A stretch of DNA of 64,000 nucleotides, taken from contig CAUHNN010000008.1 of assembly GCA_959607715.1 (NCBI GenBank), positions 18,033-82,032 of the forward strand, in the 5' to 3' direction. Within the stretch, counting starts at the first letter, position 1. Each line of letters opens with the position of its first letter. Positions 63,791 through 64,000 of this stretch are shown here, one piece after another. The translations under genes were made by a program, and so were the position numbers. Under the pieces are notes generated by a model. It saw nothing but the letters and a program-made list of their open reading frames with translations. It made no database searches and had not been told where the DNA came from. The stretch comes from an uncultured Eggerthella sp. (GTDB lineage: Bacteria > Actinomycetota > Coriobacteriia > Coriobacteriales > Eggerthellaceae).

Positions 63791-64000
63791 CTCCGTCTCC
63801 TTTCGTATCGGCGGAAACCGCTGAAGAGGCCGTCGCATCCGTATCTGTTTTTGCGGGAAGGGTGAAGTAGATGTCCATCGATTGTGAAGCGGTCACGAAT
63901 TCTTGGGACTGATCAAGGGGCACAGCAAGCGTCACCCAACTCACACTCGTCTTTTTTGAGTCGGTAGTGTCGGCGTTCGTTGCCAGAACAAGAACGGAGG
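63783..64000 (-). CDS. 3' end of a gene that runs off the window end; probably CpaB/RcpC-like Flp pilus assembly protein (partial)
   Basis: The minus-strand frame is open from the window edge: …ATNADTTDSKKTSVSWVTLAVPLDQSQEFVTASQSMDIYFTLPAKTDTD…GDGDE*. Its stop overlaps the tadZ start (ATGAGTGA). It resembles the CpaB C-terminus (VTLxV.PEQAQ.L..A...G.LSL.LR). It is not in the ORF track because it has no in-window start. Confidence 0.35.
   Translation of the reverse strand, partial: SVLVLATNADTTDSKKTSVSWVTLAVPLDQSQEFVTASQSMDIYFTLPAKTDTDATASSAVSADTKGDGDE

Noticed and set aside
63610-63870. Plus-strand 86-aa ORF across the tadZ start
   Set aside because: It overlaps the tadZ N-terminus and the CpaB-like 3' end on the opposite strand. 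It has no SD and is Arg/Ser/Pro-rich, so it is a shadow ORF.

Overview
This is a GC-rich stretch of bacterial chromosome with strong GC3 bias. Antisense frames stay open for kilobases, which is why the ORF track contains many long spurious ORFs. The gene content suggests a high-GC Gram-positive organism, possibly Coriobacteriia-like, but that is inference only. Almost all real genes lie on the minus strand and are tightly packed, with many ATGA or TAATG stop/start overlaps. They are mostly core housekeeping genes:
- ppk (5' partial)
- a DEAD-box RNA helicase
- lysC-asd
- a DUF47 gene
- relA translationally coupled to an MBL-fold hydrolase
- glmU-prs-pth
- a polyprenyl synthase
- tRNA-Leu(UAA)
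- an ftsB-like gene and ppx/gppA
- yebC
- a trmH-family methyltransferase
- glmM, hisE and an MtaD-like amidohydrolase
- rpoB-rpoC
- secDF, tgt and pdxR with divergent pdxST
- an feoA-feoA-feoB operon
- ruvCAB, a DtxR-family regulator and thrC

No IS elements, integrases, CRISPR arrays or obvious defence genes were seen. The most interesting content is:
1. A complete, translationally coupled Tad/Flp pilus locus at 54.3-64.0 kb. It runs cpaB(partial)-tadZ-tadA-tadB-tadC, then two overlapping flp pilin genes, two TadE-like and one TadG-like pseudopilin genes, and a distal trio of lipoprotein, DUF192 and zinc-ribbon genes.
2. One continuous 1108-aa ORF that fuses a RecJ DHH exonuclease to a RecQ-family helicase core.
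3. A QueH-QueA fusion (epoxyqueuosine reductase fused to tRNA ribosyltransferase-isomerase) in the conserved tgt/secDF neighbourhood.
4. An RNA polymerase beta-prime subunit with a C-terminal helix-hairpin-helix (HhH)-like extension.
5. A polyphosphate kinase (PPK) with a roughly 200-aa acidic C-terminal tail.
6. A feo promoter carrying a DtxR-like operator half-site.

Several rho-independent terminators and two sigma70-like promoters can be read directly. Product calls rest on recognised motifs in the translated ORFs, not on database searches. Some coordinates in the 54.6-54.9 kb region may be off by one where hand indexing disagreed with the ORF track.
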